Below, one piece after another: positions 8,584 to 17,918 of a DNA stretch of 54,684 bases (position 1 is its first letter; each line of letters begins with the position of its first letter). A program made the position numbers and the translations under genes. The stretch lies in UHGV virus genome UHGV-0199215; one strand, written 5' to 3'. The notes under the pieces were generated by a model. The model was not told the DNA's origin. It ran no database searches and saw nothing but the letters and a program-made list of their open reading frames with translations. This stretch comes from a virus.

Positions 8584-8913
8584 ATGAATCATGTAAACGC
8601 TATTCGCTGTAATGATGAATATCAGTGTTCACACTGTGGTAAATCGTGGGATATCCACGAAGAAGCGCCAGATTGTAAAATGACACTGATTGAAATGGGT
8701 CTTTGTAAAACTGTAATGTATTTTGGATTGTCAGTAAGTATACCAGAAAACTATACAATTATTACTACTGATGCTGATGGTGAAGTTTATGCGTGGGAAC
8801 ACGACCCATACATTAGCGGTAGCTCATGGTATGATCCTGATATTCCGTTTATTCATATATGTAAAGTAAACCTACACGGACTGAACTGGCGGGAGACTCT
8901 AAGAAAATGTTAA
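8584..8913 (+). CDS. Cys-rich hypothetical protein
   Basis: 109 aa; CxxC pair near N-terminus; GAGGAAG upstream. Confidence 0.5.
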   Translation: MNHVNAIRCNDEYQCSHCGKSWDIHEEAPDCKMTLIEMGLCKTVMYFGLSVSIPENYTIITTDADGEVYAWEHDPYISGSSWYDPDIPFIHICKVNLHGLNWRETLRKC

Positions 8914-9068
8914 TTGGTTATGTACTGGTACTTGTTCTGCATGGTGTGGCTATTGAACCTGTGACAGAACGCATTATGACGTTCGAACAGTGTCAGGGTG
9001 CATTACAAGCTGAACAGGTTTACAACCCTGGTAAAATTTATGGGTGTGCTGAAGTTTATCGGGACTAA
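8907..9068 (+). CDS. small hydrophobic protein (53 aa)
   Basis: ATG 8907 overlaps upstream stop; hydrophobic N-terminus. Confidence 0.35.
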   Translation: MLIGYVLVLVLHGVAIEPVTERIMTFEQCQGALQAEQVYNPGKIYGCAEVYRD

Positions 9069-9073
9069 TCATT

Positions 9074-9349
9074 ATGGAATACATGTACATTGCTTTTTCA
9101 CTTCTGTTAATGATTGTTGTCGTTATTACAACTGAGAAAAAAGAACAAGGGGTGATAGGGTTAGCAGTTGCTCTGATTCGTGTTCTTTCAATCATGTTGC
9201 TGGTAACTAGTTTTTCAATTGCTTTTGATATTGTGGAATTACAAAGCGATTATTACGGTTTTGTGAAACTCCAACATCAGCTAACATACGCCGTCATATT
9301 CGGTTTAGGTTCTGTTAGTCTCGCTGTTCTTTCATCTTTCAGACGTTGA
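9074..9349 (+). CDS. small membrane protein
   Basis: 91 aa with two or three hydrophobic segments. Confidence 0.5.
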   Translation: MEYMYIAFSLLLMIVVVITTEKKEQGVIGLAVALIRVLSIMLLVTSFSIAFDIVELQSDYYGFVKLQHQLTYAVIFGLGSVSLAVLSSFRR

Positions 9350-9374
9350 AAAAAGCCCCGGAACTGTCCGGGGC
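9349..9374 (-). terminator. terminator downstream of large terminase (probably bidirectional)
   Basis: gccccggaactgtccggggc hairpin; U-run follows on the minus strand. Confidence 0.55.
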
Positions 9375-9475
9375 AAAGTCAATCAGTAAAACGTGAACGC
9401 GGAAAACTGTAATGGTACTATGAACGGACTGGTAAACCCTATAAAAACGGGCGGGAATAATCCCGCCACACTGTT

Positions 9476-11239
9476 TTAAAAAATGTCACCGTATTCAGGA
9501 GTACCAACAGGATTCACACCACCAGTAAATGGTTCTTCAACGAATTCAGTGCGTTTTGGTGATAGTGCAATAACCGCAGCATCGAAAAAGTTTGGTGACT
9601 TACTTCCGTTTGGTTTCTTGTCGATCACAATCTTCCCGGCACCGTTACTGGTATACGTTGGCTGACTTAACTCAGCTTCTAACCGTTGTGCATTTTCCAG
9701 TGATGGATCAATCAGAATGATTTCGTCCGGATCCTGTGGTTGACCTTCCACATACCATTTATAAATTCGCTGGCAACGCAAACGTAATGCCCACGAAGCC
9801 TGTGCTTTATAATTTGAGAAATAATCTTTGTTTGATTTACGGTCTTTGTCACCAGGTTTCGTACCACCGATAATATCACCACCCGGATCCACAACTTTTC
9901 CATTCGGTAACCACGGGCGCACACGGAAGCGTAAAGTATCTTTACGGTCATTTGCCGCTACTTTAACGCCTGTACCAACACCGTTAACTTCGTACCAGTA
10001 TTCATCAACACCCAGCATATTAGCCATCGTCAGCATCCCTGGTGCAGCCAGTTCAGCGCCCCTGTTGTCAAGTTGCAAATGTGTCAGGAATACCCCGTGA
10101 GCAATTACCAGTGCGCTTGCGTCTTCACCACCGTCTGCGGCATCCTGTCCGGCGATACGTTGACCTGTTGGTGTAAGTAGTCCATTAGCTTTGCGCCATT
10201 CTGTGTCACGGAACGCATCAAAAGCAGCGCGTACCCATTCAGCTTTAATCAGTACACCCTGAACAGCAGCGGCATAATCGCGGTCAACTTCCTGTGCGAA
10301 AATATGCTGTAAACCTTTTTCAGCGAATGATTGTTTTTCTCGCTTATACCATTCGTCATCTTTAGCCGGGTGATCGCGCCAGTCCAGAACCATGACACGC
10401 AATTTACCACGAGGTAATTTCTTGCCCGGTTCCCACTCCAGACCAGCTTTACGATTGCGATAAAAAACGTTACCAACGCCATTAACTGAACTGATGTCGA
10501 TACGAACGTTGGTGTTAGCTGACAACGACGCTTCGATCAGCTCAGGACGATCTACGTGTGCCGCTTCATCCAAGAAATAGACAGACTTACGACCACCACG
10601 ACCGATGTTATCGCCAGCTTCGCCAGTAATTGTTGCACCGTTTTCAGGATTGATACATTTCATATAAACCAGATGGTCTTTTTCACGCAGGCCAACAGGA
10701 CGTAATTCCGGTGGTAATGCGCGGATAATCTGGCGAATCTTTTCAAAAATACTATCCGGGTCACCCAGTTTATCGACAAGCTGTTCTTTACGTGATCCCC
10801 AGCCAACTGAAGAACCGGGACGATACAGCCACGCCCACACAGACAAACCACAGGCTACCCAGGTCGCGCCATAGTCTCGCGATTTTTCCCAAAGCCCTTT
10901 TTCTTTGTCTTCAAGCGCTTCGTAAACAAACTGAACCATATCAATCTGACGTTCGAACAGGCAGAAAGGCATGTTGGGTGGGTATTCAGTACCAACGTTA
11001 CGCGGGTCATAAGTAAACGCCCAGTCGAGAATGAACGCTACAGGGTTTGTTTCGTAATACTTTTTCAGTACCGGGACAATTGCCCGATCCGTGCGCATAC
11101 GATTTAACAGGTTAATACGGTCAATATAACACTGTTTGTAATCTGGTCGTGGCTGACCTTTTCGCCAGATACGTTCGTCGTTTGCGTAAGCATCCCGCCA
11201 ACGCGGGTAATTATGAATATTTCCAGTAAACTTATTCAT
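9476..11239 (-). CDS. terL: terminase large subunit
   Basis: 587 aa, ATPase plus nuclease-sized protein upstream of portal in minus-strand order. Confidence 0.85.
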   Translation of the reverse strand: MNKFTGNIHNYPRWRDAYANDERIWRKGQPRPDYKQCYIDRINLLNRMRTDRAIVPVLKKYYETNPVAFILDWAFTYDPRNVGTEYPPNMPFCLFERQIDMVQFVYEALEDKEKGLWEKSRDYGATWVACGLSVWAWLYRPGSSVGWGSRKEQLVDKLGDPDSIFEKIRQIIRALPPELRPVGLREKDHLVYMKCINPENGATITGEAGDNIGRGGRKSVYFLDEAAHVDRPELIEASLSANTNVRIDISSVNGVGNVFYRNRKAGLEWEPGKKLPRGKLRVMVLDWRDHPAKDDEWYKREKQSFAEKGLQHIFAQEVDRDYAAAVQGVLIKAEWVRAAFDAFRDTEWRKANGLLTPTGQRIAGQDAADGGEDASALVIAHGVFLTHLQLDNRGAELAAPGMLTMANMLGVDEYWYEVNGVGTGVKVAANDRKDTLRFRVRPWLPNGKVVDPGGDIIGGTKPGDKDRKSNKDYFSNYKAQASWALRLRCQRIYKWYVEGQPQDPDEIILIDPSLENAQRLEAELSQPTYTSNGAGKIVIDKKPNGSKSPNFFDAAVIALSPKRTEFVEEPFTGGVNPVGTPEYGDIF

Positions 11240-11302
11240 GATTATCGGTCCGTTTGTAACTGTTCTGTACAGTTTACCACGGGTGACAGGTGGTAACAGA
11301 GG

Positions 11303-11344
11303 TTTAAAATAATTCTTGACAGATTACAGGCTTGCGGTTATGCT
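11303..11344 (+). promoter_or_regulatory. conserved phage promoter
   Basis: -35 TTGACA 11316-11321, 17 nt spacer, -10 TATGCT. Confidence 0.65.
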
Positions 11345-11487
11345 TTAGTTATCAAATGAACAGGGGTAGTGAATCGTGGAAGAATATACGTTTGTAATAG
11401 GCTTTATCACGGGTGCTTTAACCGTGTTCGCAGGTATATATGTTGGGTCTAAAATCAGTCGGTAAATGAACAGAGGGTTTAAAGAAG

Positions 11488-11664
11488 ATGAAAGTTAAAA
11501 TTACAAAATCAAACTGTACTTTCGTTAAAATTGGTGAAGTTACAGAAGTTTTAGATAGTATCAGTGGTCATAAACTATTGTGGTCTAATTCACTCCTGAA
11601 ATACGAAAAATTATCATGGGTTGTAAATTTCTGGGGTGTGAAATACGAAGAAGTAAAAGATTAA
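11488..11664 (+). CDS. small protein (58 aa)
   Basis: ATG with AGAGGG/AAGAAG upstream; below track cutoff. Confidence 0.35.
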   Translation: MKVKITKSNCTFVKIGEVTEVLDSISGHKLLWSNSLLKYEKLSWVVNFWGVKYEEVKD

Positions 11665-11728
11665 CATGATTATATAAAACCGAATATTATTGAAACATAC
11701 ATTCAAGAAAACAAGAGGATTATACAGA

Positions 11729-11947
11729 ATGAAAATCACTAAACAAGAACTGAAAAATTTTGGCGCATGTCAGGAAGGTTTTAAACGTTTCATCATTCAG
11801 ACTAACAACACTGATGAACCGGTTGAAGTTATTAGTCTAATCGGTGGTAAAAACTTTCGTGATTGTCTGAAACAGGCTAAAAAAGCTGGTTGGGTTTTCA
11901 AAGAAAACAATACAGTTTGTTTTGCACCAGGTCATGGAGTCAAATAA
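11729..11947 (+). CDS. hypothetical protein
   Basis: ATG 11729 after AAGAGGA. Confidence 0.45.
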   Translation: MKITKQELKNFGACQEGFKRFIIQTNNTDEPVEVISLIGGKNFRDCLKQAKKAGWVFKENNTVCFAPGHGVK

Positions 11948-12264
11948 TGAATGTATCTGATAATCAAAACATGTGGTTTATCCGCAAACCTACTTGTAGT
12001 GATAAATATAAAGCTCTTGATGTCCATCATTATATTGAACAATATGAGATTATAAATAAAACACCAAAAGGTTGGCGTGTTAAATGTCGTTACAGCGATA
12101 AAGGTCGTGTATTACTCAAAAACTCTTATCACTGTTTTTGTTCTGAAAAAGACGCGCTAGAATTCCTCGCAAATGAGGCCAACAACATGGCGGCGTTGTT
12201 AGATGAACGTAAATTAACATATGTTCGTCTATTGTGTGATTGTCGTGATGCGTTAAAAAGGTGA
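11947..12264 (+). CDS. hypothetical protein
   Basis: TAATG stop-start overlap with upstream ORF. Confidence 0.45.
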   Translation: MNVSDNQNMWFIRKPTCSDKYKALDVHHYIEQYEIINKTPKGWRVKCRYSDKGRVLLKNSYHCFCSEKDALEFLANEANNMAALLDERKLTYVRLLCDCRDALKR

Positions 12265-12271
12265 TTGAACT

Positions 12272-12433
12272 ATGAAGATATTTCTCAAACGATTATTCTG
12301 CAAACACGAATGGTATTTATATCGTACTATCCACGGTGATGAACGTAATTACGCCACTCAGGAACACCGTTGTAAGTTGTGTGATAAACATCGCTATTCA
12401 GGTGGTAATTATAATGTGGAACATTTGTCATAA
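12272..12433 (+). CDS. small Cys/His-rich protein (53 aa)
   Basis: CKHEW...CKLCDKH pattern; short. Confidence 0.35.
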   Translation: MKIFLKRLFCKHEWYLYRTIHGDERNYATQEHRCKLCDKHRYSGGNYNVEHLS

Positions 12434-12686
12434 ATCCGGGCGCGTACTGTTCACCACAAATGATGAACGGACCGCTATGAATCGTGCTAAATACGGGTGG
12501 AGGGTTAAAAAAGTGGATGACCGTTACGAAATTGCAAAACAACATGGAATGTCGATAGAGTTCATCGACTGGTTCTGGGAGAACAAGAAAGCCAGTTCAG
12601 GTAGTGTCTGGTTTATCACCATGAGCGCAATGTGGGAAGGATGGAAAGCCAGTCGGGAACAGTTACATGTGGAGACATTGAAATGA
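12414..12686 (+). CDS. hypothetical protein
   Basis: In-frame ATG at 12414; start uncertain. Confidence 0.4.
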   Translation: MWNICHKSGRVLFTTNDERTAMNRAKYGWRVKKVDDRYEIAKQHGMSIEFIDWFWENKKASSGSVWFITMSAMWEGWKASREQLHVETLK

Positions 12687-12904
12687 GTTTGCTTGGTTTA
12701 GTTAGTGCATTTGTAGTCGGTATGATAGTTGGAGTAATGTTAATGGTGTTGATTGTTGTACTGGTAATGCGAACTTAGTTGGGAAAGGTGAAAAGTCAGT
12801 CGTTAACAACGTACCAGCCGAAACCCCTGTTAAATTATCGTAAATCCTATACCATCTTCACCAGTTCCACACTACCCTGAAACTATCAAACAGGAGTGTG
12901 GAAC

Positions 12905-13111
12905 ATGTTCAGATACGTTTTAAAATTACTCGCCATCATTGCAACCTGGCTGATCATACAGTCCGGGTATGACCTTCGTGTTCGTAACCAATGCTCAGAC
13001 TATCAACGAATTACACGAACTGCGACAATCTACAGTCACGGTATTTGTTACGCCGCAGACAGTGACGGACAGTTTAAAATAATTCTTGACGGTTTACACA
13101 TCATCAGATAG
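12905..13111 (+). CDS. small membrane protein
   Basis: CAGGAG 8 nt upstream of ATG 12905; hydrophobic N-terminus. Confidence 0.4.
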   Translation: MFRYVLKLLAIIATWLIIQSGYDLRVRNQCSDYQRITRTATIYSHGICYAADSDGQFKIILDGLHIIR

Positions 13112-13114
13112 ACT
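13070..13114 (+). promoter_or_regulatory. conserved phage promoter
   Basis: -35 TTGACG 13086-13091, 17 nt, -10 TAGACT. Confidence 0.6.
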
Positions 13115-13146
13115 TCAGTTTGTGTAAAACAACTGGAGTTATCACC

Positions 13147-13413
13147 ATGTTTAAAACTGGTCAACACGTAGAAATCACCAGTCCACGACTGTTAGAAATT
13201 CTCGCACGTCGCAAATCTCAACCGTTCGGCACTGTTGTAGCGGTCGATCTGCAAGCTGAATACCCGGTTAAAGTTCGCATCACTGACGATACAGGGTTTC
13301 AAATCCCCTTCACGTTCAACGGTGAACAGTGCAATTACACTTTCTCATTTACTATGAACGGTCATCATGACCATCGTAGCCTGACACCTGATTTAAAAGT
13401 GGTGAACGTATGA
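13147..13413 (+). CDS. hypothetical protein
   Basis: ATG 13147 after GGAG. Confidence 0.45.
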   Translation: MFKTGQHVEITSPRLLEILARRKSQPFGTVVAVDLQAEYPVKVRITDDTGFQIPFTFNGEQCNYTFSFTMNGHHDHRSLTPDLKVVNV

Positions 13414-13565
13414 TCTTAGATTACATGATTAAATTATTAGGTTCCGCTAACACGTTGTGGGGTGTTCCACCACAAGGAATTATTACTGATCGTAAACAAC
13501 CACATCGTAAAACAGGTATTGCAAAAGCCCGGCGCGACGCGAAGAAAAGAAGGAACAGGAAATGA
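13410..13565 (+). CDS. small basic protein (51 aa)
   Basis: ATGA overlaps at both ends; Lys/Arg-rich C-terminus. Confidence 0.3.
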   Translation: MILDYMIKLLGSANTLWGVPPQGIITDRKQPHRKTGIAKARRDAKKRRNRK

Positions 13566-13759
13566 AACTATCAGAAGCACAAGATTATCAGCGTAGAATT
13601 TCAGACCTCATTAAACAGTTAAACTGTACGATACACGAAGCCTCAATCGTCGGAATTAATGTTGAACTTGATTTATACGAAGAACAAAAACTAAGTGGTG
13701 TAAACACTGTTGTTCTTGACGGAAAAGTTACTATCAAACCACAGGACATTGAACTATGA
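13562..13759 (+). CDS. hypothetical protein
   Basis: 65-aa ORF translationally coupled to neighbours. Confidence 0.45.
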   Translation: MKLSEAQDYQRRISDLIKQLNCTIHEASIVGINVELDLYEEQKLSGVNTVVLDGKVTIKPQDIEL

Positions 13760-14679
13760 ACTTCTTTAAAAACGCAATCGTTTATCGTCTGACTAATCCT
13801 ATGGTATTAATGGCCCAGTTACCAACACTGGAAGACAGTCTGTGTGCGTTTCAATTCAATCCGTGCGGTTCACAGGATATGGCACGTACTGGTTGGGTTC
13901 CGGCAACTGAACAACATCATACACTGGTTCACCAGGCTAACGGGCAATATTTGCTGACCATCCAGAAACAGGAAAAGATTATTCCGGGTCCGGTCATTAA
14001 ACAGCATCTGAACGCGCGAATCGCCAAACTGGAAGCTGAACAGGCGCGTAAACTGAAGAAAACAGAGAAAGATAGCCTGAAAGATGAAGTATTGCACAGT
14101 CTGTTACCACGAGCATTCGTTAAAAACAGTCGTACACAGTTGTGGATTGATATCACTAGCGGGTTGATCGTGGTTGATGCGTCCAGTGCTAAACGGGCTG
14201 AAGATGCATTAGCACTGTTGCGTAAATCCCTGGGTAGTCTGCCAGTCGTCCCGCTGACGATGGAAAACCCTGTTGAACTGACAGCAACGGAGTGGGTACG
14301 TTCAGGAAACGCACCAGCAGGTTTTACAATGGGTGACGCTGCTGAACTGAAAGCGATCCTGACTGACGGTGGTGTTGCACGCGTTAAAAAACAGGATTTA
14401 ACCAGTGACGAAATAGCCACGCATATTGAAGCCGGGAAAGTTGTTACAAAACTGGCGTTGGACTGGCAGCAGCGGGTAACGTTTACGCTAACTGACAGTA
14501 TGACATTAAACCGTGTGAAGTTCTGCGATGAACTGGTGTTACAGAATGACGATATTGAACGTGAAGATATGTTAGCCCGGTTCGACGCTGATTTTGTACT
14601 AATGACAGGTGAACTTCAGGCGCTGATCAAACAACTTATCACTGCTTTGGGTGGGGAGGCGAAACGTACAAGTTACTGA
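13756..14679 (+). CDS. rdgC: recombination-associated protein RdgC homologue
   Basis: 307 aa; N-terminus [12 protein letters not shown] resembles E. coli RdgC (MLWFKNLMVYRL) and length matches. Confidence 0.75.
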   Translation: MNFFKNAIVYRLTNPMVLMAQLPTLEDSLCAFQFNPCGSQDMARTGWVPATEQHHTLVHQANGQYLLTIQKQEKIIPGPVIKQHLNARIAKLEAEQARKLKKTEKDSLKDEVLHSLLPRAFVKNSRTQLWIDITSGLIVVDASSAKRAEDALALLRKSLGSLPVVPLTMENPVELTATEWVRSGNAPAGFTMGDAAELKAILTDGGVARVKKQDLTSDEIATHIEAGKVVTKLALDWQQRVTFTLTDSMTLNRVKFCDELVLQNDDIEREDMLARFDADFVLMTGELQALIKQLITALGGEAKRTSY

Positions 14680-14687
14680 AACAAAGT

Positions 14688-14728
14688 TTAAAATAATTCT
14701 TGACGGATTACACAGGGAAGTGTAAATT
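14688..14728 (+). promoter_or_regulatory. conserved phage promoter
   Basis: -35 TTGACG 14700-14705, 17 nt, -10 TAAATT. Confidence 0.6.
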
Positions 14729-14763
14729 ACTCACATAGACAACAAAATGTGAGGAACTGGAAA

Positions 14764-14937
14764 ATGACTAAATCTAAGATGAAAAAAGTGCTGAAAACCT
14801 GGATGGAAAACTACAACTGTTCTCTGGAAGATGCTGTTATCATCGCTCACAAAAACCACCCGTCACTTTCCGCAGTTATCGCCAGCGCTGAAATGGATCT
14901 AATGGTTGAAGGTTTATTGAATGCTGCTGGAATCTGA
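14764..14937 (+). CDS. hypothetical protein
   Basis: ATG 14764 after GAGGAA. Confidence 0.45.
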   Translation: MTKSKMKKVLKTWMENYNCSLEDAVIIAHKNHPSLSAVIASAEMDLMVEGLLNAAGI

Positions 14938-15184
14938 AAAACAAGCCGTCGCCCTATTTGAAAAAATGGGGCGTTTTTACGTTGAACAACGACTGAATGA
15001 AATTAGTGATTCAGCTACTGAACGTTATAACAATTGCCGTGATATTCCTGGTGGTTGGTGTGTGATTGATTTTATGACACCAGATGAACTATCAGAACGT
15101 CACATATTGTTATTGGCTTTGACACTATGTACCGATCCGGTTAACGAAGCACGACAAAGAATTTTGCAGAGACGTTTAAAATAA
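14921..15184 (+). CDS. hypothetical protein
   Basis: 87-aa ORF; 3' end overlaps the next promoter. Confidence 0.45.
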   Translation: MLLESEKQAVALFEKMGRFYVEQRLNEISDSATERYNNCRDIPGGWCVIDFMTPDELSERHILLLALTLCTDPVNEARQRILQRRLK

Positions 15185-15217
15185 TTCTTGACGGATTACA
15201 CTGTTTTACCCTATAAT
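15172..15217 (+). promoter_or_regulatory. conserved phage promoter
   Basis: -35 TTGACG 15188-15193, consensus -10 TATAAT at 15212-15217. Confidence 0.7.
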
Positions 15218-15252
15218 TATCTCATTGAAACAGACAAGTTAGGAACTGGAAA

Positions 15253-15441
15253 ATGAAAAACTTCGAAACTAAAGCAGAGTGTGAAAAATATATCGTAGCT
15301 GAATATGGTGAATGTGCTTTTCAGGTCGGTGTAATTTTCGCTTATCGTGTAAAACCAATCGAAGCAAAAATGTTTGGTTTGGTTGAAGGTTCTTATATGT
15401 CCAGTAACGAATTTGATGAAGCAACAGGGTACGGTCGTTAA
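15253..15441 (+). CDS. hypothetical protein
   Basis: Initiation region GGAACTGGAAAATGA duplicated from the 14764 gene. Confidence 0.45.
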   Translation: MKNFETKAECEKYIVAEYGECAFQVGVIFAYRVKPIEAKMFGLVEGSYMSSNEFDEATGYGR

Positions 15442-15647
15442 TGAATTATATTCCAAAATGCCTTCGTGAAATACCGAAGGTAAAACAAAAACCCCGTAAA
15501 CAAGCGATAAAAGAAGCGAAAATTGAGGCTTTCAATATCGCCATTTCTATAATCAACGATAAATGTCGTATCGAAAAATCTGATCGCATGAAATCAAACA
15601 TGTTTTCAGCAATGAGCGAAATAGCGATTTTACGTGATAAGCTCTAA
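15441..15647 (+). CDS. hypothetical protein
   Basis: 68-aa ORF, ATG overlaps upstream stop. Confidence 0.45.
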   Translation: MNYIPKCLREIPKVKQKPRKQAIKEAKIEAFNIAISIINDKCRIEKSDRMKSNMFSAMSEIAILRDKL

Positions 15648-15650
15648 AAC

Positions 15651-15667
15651 GCCCCGTAAGGGGCTTT
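15651..15667. terminator. bidirectional terminator hairpin
   Basis: gccccgtaaggggc stem-loop with T-rich flank; lies between convergent plus cassette and terminase small subunit. Confidence 0.5.
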
Positions 15668-15755
15668 AACACCTTCAGCAGTACACTTGCACTACTCAAC
15701 CCTGTTTATCGAAAAAGCAAACGGTTTCCGGCACGATTTAAGCCGGAATAACCGC

Positions 15756-16391
15756 CTATTTAAGCGCATTCTGATACAGTTGCGCGATATCGTCGATGGT
15801 TGCACCTTCAGGAACACTCTGAACCACGTTACCAACCACACCAGACAATTCCACCCGGTCGATACTGTTACCGGTGATCTTATCCAGTTGTTCAGACGCT
15901 TTTGCACGAGTTTTCGGGTCGAACAGTTCACGCGTCACCAGAATGTATCCGCCCAGCATGTAACGTTTGTAGCAAACTACGTACTGTTGCAGATGGCTGG
16001 GGATATCGTCGGTACTGTTCACCCACAGGTGTTTCGCTTCTGTGTCGTCTTCACCAGGGACGATAACGCGTTGACAATACGGTTCCAGTAATTCTTCAGC
16101 CGTGCTTGCCGCTCGTTTCCACCACTCGACACGACTCGTTAACGATTCCCCGACAGACTCAAGCGCATGACTTCCCATCGCGTCCAGATAGTTCAACACC
16201 TTCGTATTCGACAGGAGGCGGTGTGCAGTGACTTTAGCTGCGTCAGGGTCTTTATGCCCCGGATAAGCGTGTAAGACGCACTGAGCGTTGCTGAAGCCGT
16301 TATTGACACGATCTAACCACAGGTTAGCGAAACGGAGTTGATCAGTTGTTAACTCCAGAGCAGCCCTTTTAGCCCGGTCTGAAATTTTCAT
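15756..16391 (-). CDS. terS: terminase small subunit (putative)
   Basis: LTTDQLRFANLWL...AYPG resembles the LTxKQxxFxxEY...AGYS signature of small terminases; first in minus-strand packaging order. Confidence 0.55.
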   Translation of the reverse strand: MKISDRAKRAALELTTDQLRFANLWLDRVNNGFSNAQCVLHAYPGHKDPDAAKVTAHRLLSNTKVLNYLDAMGSHALESVGESLTSRVEWWKRAASTAEELLEPYCQRVIVPGEDDTEAKHLWVNSTDDIPSHLQQYVVCYKRYMLGGYILVTRELFDPKTRAKASEQLDKITGNSIDRVELSGVVGNVVQSVPEGATIDDIAQLYQNALK

Positions 16392-16454
16392 AAATTTGTC
16401 TCCCATAAATTTTAAATTAGTTTCCCACAGATACCCACGGGTTGTCCACACGCC

Positions 16455-16892
16455 CTGTTTTACAGCTAATACAATGTTAGTATTAATTTTACAGTTAGTG
16501 CACAACATGCACTAATTTTCGACTATATACATAAATACGCAATCCATAATCACAATAATTTCAAAGACTTGCATAAAAACATAGATTACAATAGGTATCT
16601 CCCAGACTTTTATTTTAGCTCTATTTACAGCTAATACACTATATGCACTATCTCTATCTTTCTATACTACTTCTTTTTTATATCTATGTTTTCTATGTTA
16701 TCTATGAAAAGATAATAAAAAGAATAAGATAGGGAAGGGTTGGTTAAAAAGTAAACATGACGAAATCTATGTTAAATATAACTTTAATGCACAATATGCA
16801 CTATATAATTCACAACGTGCATTAGCTGTACCAACATAGATACACAACGTGCACTAACAGCTAATACACAACGTGCATCTTGCACTAGCTGC
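16455..16892. promoter_or_regulatory. array of operator-like sites (core GCTAATACA / ACACAACGTGCA)
   Basis: At least 6 related sites at about 16462, 16498, 16627, 16786, 16809 and 16841-16892 in a 550-bp AT-rich divergent intergenic region. Confidence 0.5.
16685..16771. repeat. 87-bp conserved intergenic element, copy A
   Basis: About 93 percent identical to 54457..54543. Confidence 0.7.
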
Positions 16893-16908
16893 TAAAGCAC
16901 GTTATGAT
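16880..16908 (+). promoter_or_regulatory. sigma70-like promoter overlapped by operator repeats
   Basis: TTGCAC, 17 nt spacer, TATGAT. Confidence 0.5.
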
Positions 16909-16939
16909 TTACCCGTGGTTAAATAAGAAGGGTGTGATA

Positions 16940-17653
16940 ATGAAAAAGAACCTTTTAGACGAATTGATAGATTTAAAAGGCGGGGTACAAAATGCTGTTG
17001 AATACCTTAATCGTCGAGGTGTTAAGGTAACCATTGGTCGTTACAACCAATGGTTAAGCGGTAGGTTTCATCCTAAATATGAAACGATCAGTATTATTCT
17101 TGAAGAGATTACTGACTTCACACTGTCACCTTCGCCAGTACAACATTCTGACGAAAACATTGTTCTTAAACACACAATACCGGTTACCGAACTGCGTCAG
17201 AAATTACCATACAGGCGTTTTGCTAATAACTACTGGCAACGTGTCAGATACGTTGATTCACAGATCCTGGAAGCTGTTCACGGTCACGACGTGTGGGCAC
17301 GGTTTGAGGCGATGTGCGGTAATTTTGAATGTGCAAGATACGTGTTACGCAGGAATTTAAACGAACACACCGTTACTGACAGTTGGATTCAGAATGGTTT
17401 GCGCCGGGGCTGGATCCCAGAATGTGTAAACGTGATGGTCGATTTGCTTGAAAAATACGAAGGCACCGGAACACCGTTTAACGTGATGGTTTGTGAAGCA
17501 CCTGTAGCACGAGTGGAAGCACCTGTAGTCGATGTCAGCGATTTGAAGGAGAAAATCAGACTGTATGCGTTATCACACAACCCGCATTGCGATGTAGATA
17601 ATATGCCGGACGATGTTGTTTTGATGATGTATAAAGATATGATGGGTCAATAA
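16940..17653 (+). CDS. putative DNA-binding regulator
   Basis: ATG 16940 after AAGGGTG; N-terminal HTH-like segment; directly downstream of the operator array. Confidence 0.5.
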   Translation: MKKNLLDELIDLKGGVQNAVEYLNRRGVKVTIGRYNQWLSGRFHPKYETISIILEEITDFTLSPSPVQHSDENIVLKHTIPVTELRQKLPYRRFANNYWQRVRYVDSQILEAVHGHDVWARFEAMCGNFECARYVLRRNLNEHTVTDSWIQNGLRRGWIPECVNVMVDLLEKYEGTGTPFNVMVCEAPVARVEAPVVDVSDLKEKIRLYALSHNPHCDVDNMPDDVVLMMYKDMMGQ

Positions 17654-17658
17654 AGATA

Positions 17659-17683
17659 GCGGGGTAGTTAGCCCCGCTTTTTT
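17659..17683 (+). terminator. rho-independent terminator
   Basis: gcggggtagttagccccgc hairpin followed by TTTTTT. Confidence 0.7.
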
Positions 17684-17684
17684 G

Positions 17685-17879
17685 TTAGTATTCGTCGCTA
17701 TCATCCTTGTCATTGTATTCGATAAAATGACCCAATCGTTGTAATTCAGCACCTGCCATGAAATAACCTAGTGCGTCTGCTCTTTCGGAATCATTTTTAA
17801 ATTCAGAAAGCGGATAACGTTCATAGAATTTATTAATCAAAAGTGCTTGATCGAATTTTGTTGCGTCATGATTCTTCAT
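17685..17879 (-). CDS. hypothetical protein
   Basis: 64-aa ORF at end of a minus-strand gene block. Confidence 0.45.
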   Translation of the reverse strand: MKNHDATKFDQALLINKFYERYPLSEFKNDSERADALGYFMAGAELQRLGHFIEYNDKDDSDEY

Positions 17880-17918
17880 CCGTACACCTCCCGGAAAACG
17901 TGCGCCACATAGAGCGCA

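Noticed and set aside
13929-14420. Minus-strand 163-aa ORF antisense to the rdgC-like gene
   Set aside because: Fully embedded antisense to a well-supported gene with low-complexity Ser/Ala/Arg translation. The same reasoning rejects other embedded ORFs such as 38051-38791, 46738-47250, 43234-43485, 24912-25214 and 31259-31546.
16455-16892. Possible CRISPR array suggested by the repeated ACACAACGTGCA/GCTAATACA motifs
   Set aside because: Repeats are short, imperfect, irregularly spaced and partly palindromic, and there are no cas genes; operator or iteron sites fit better.
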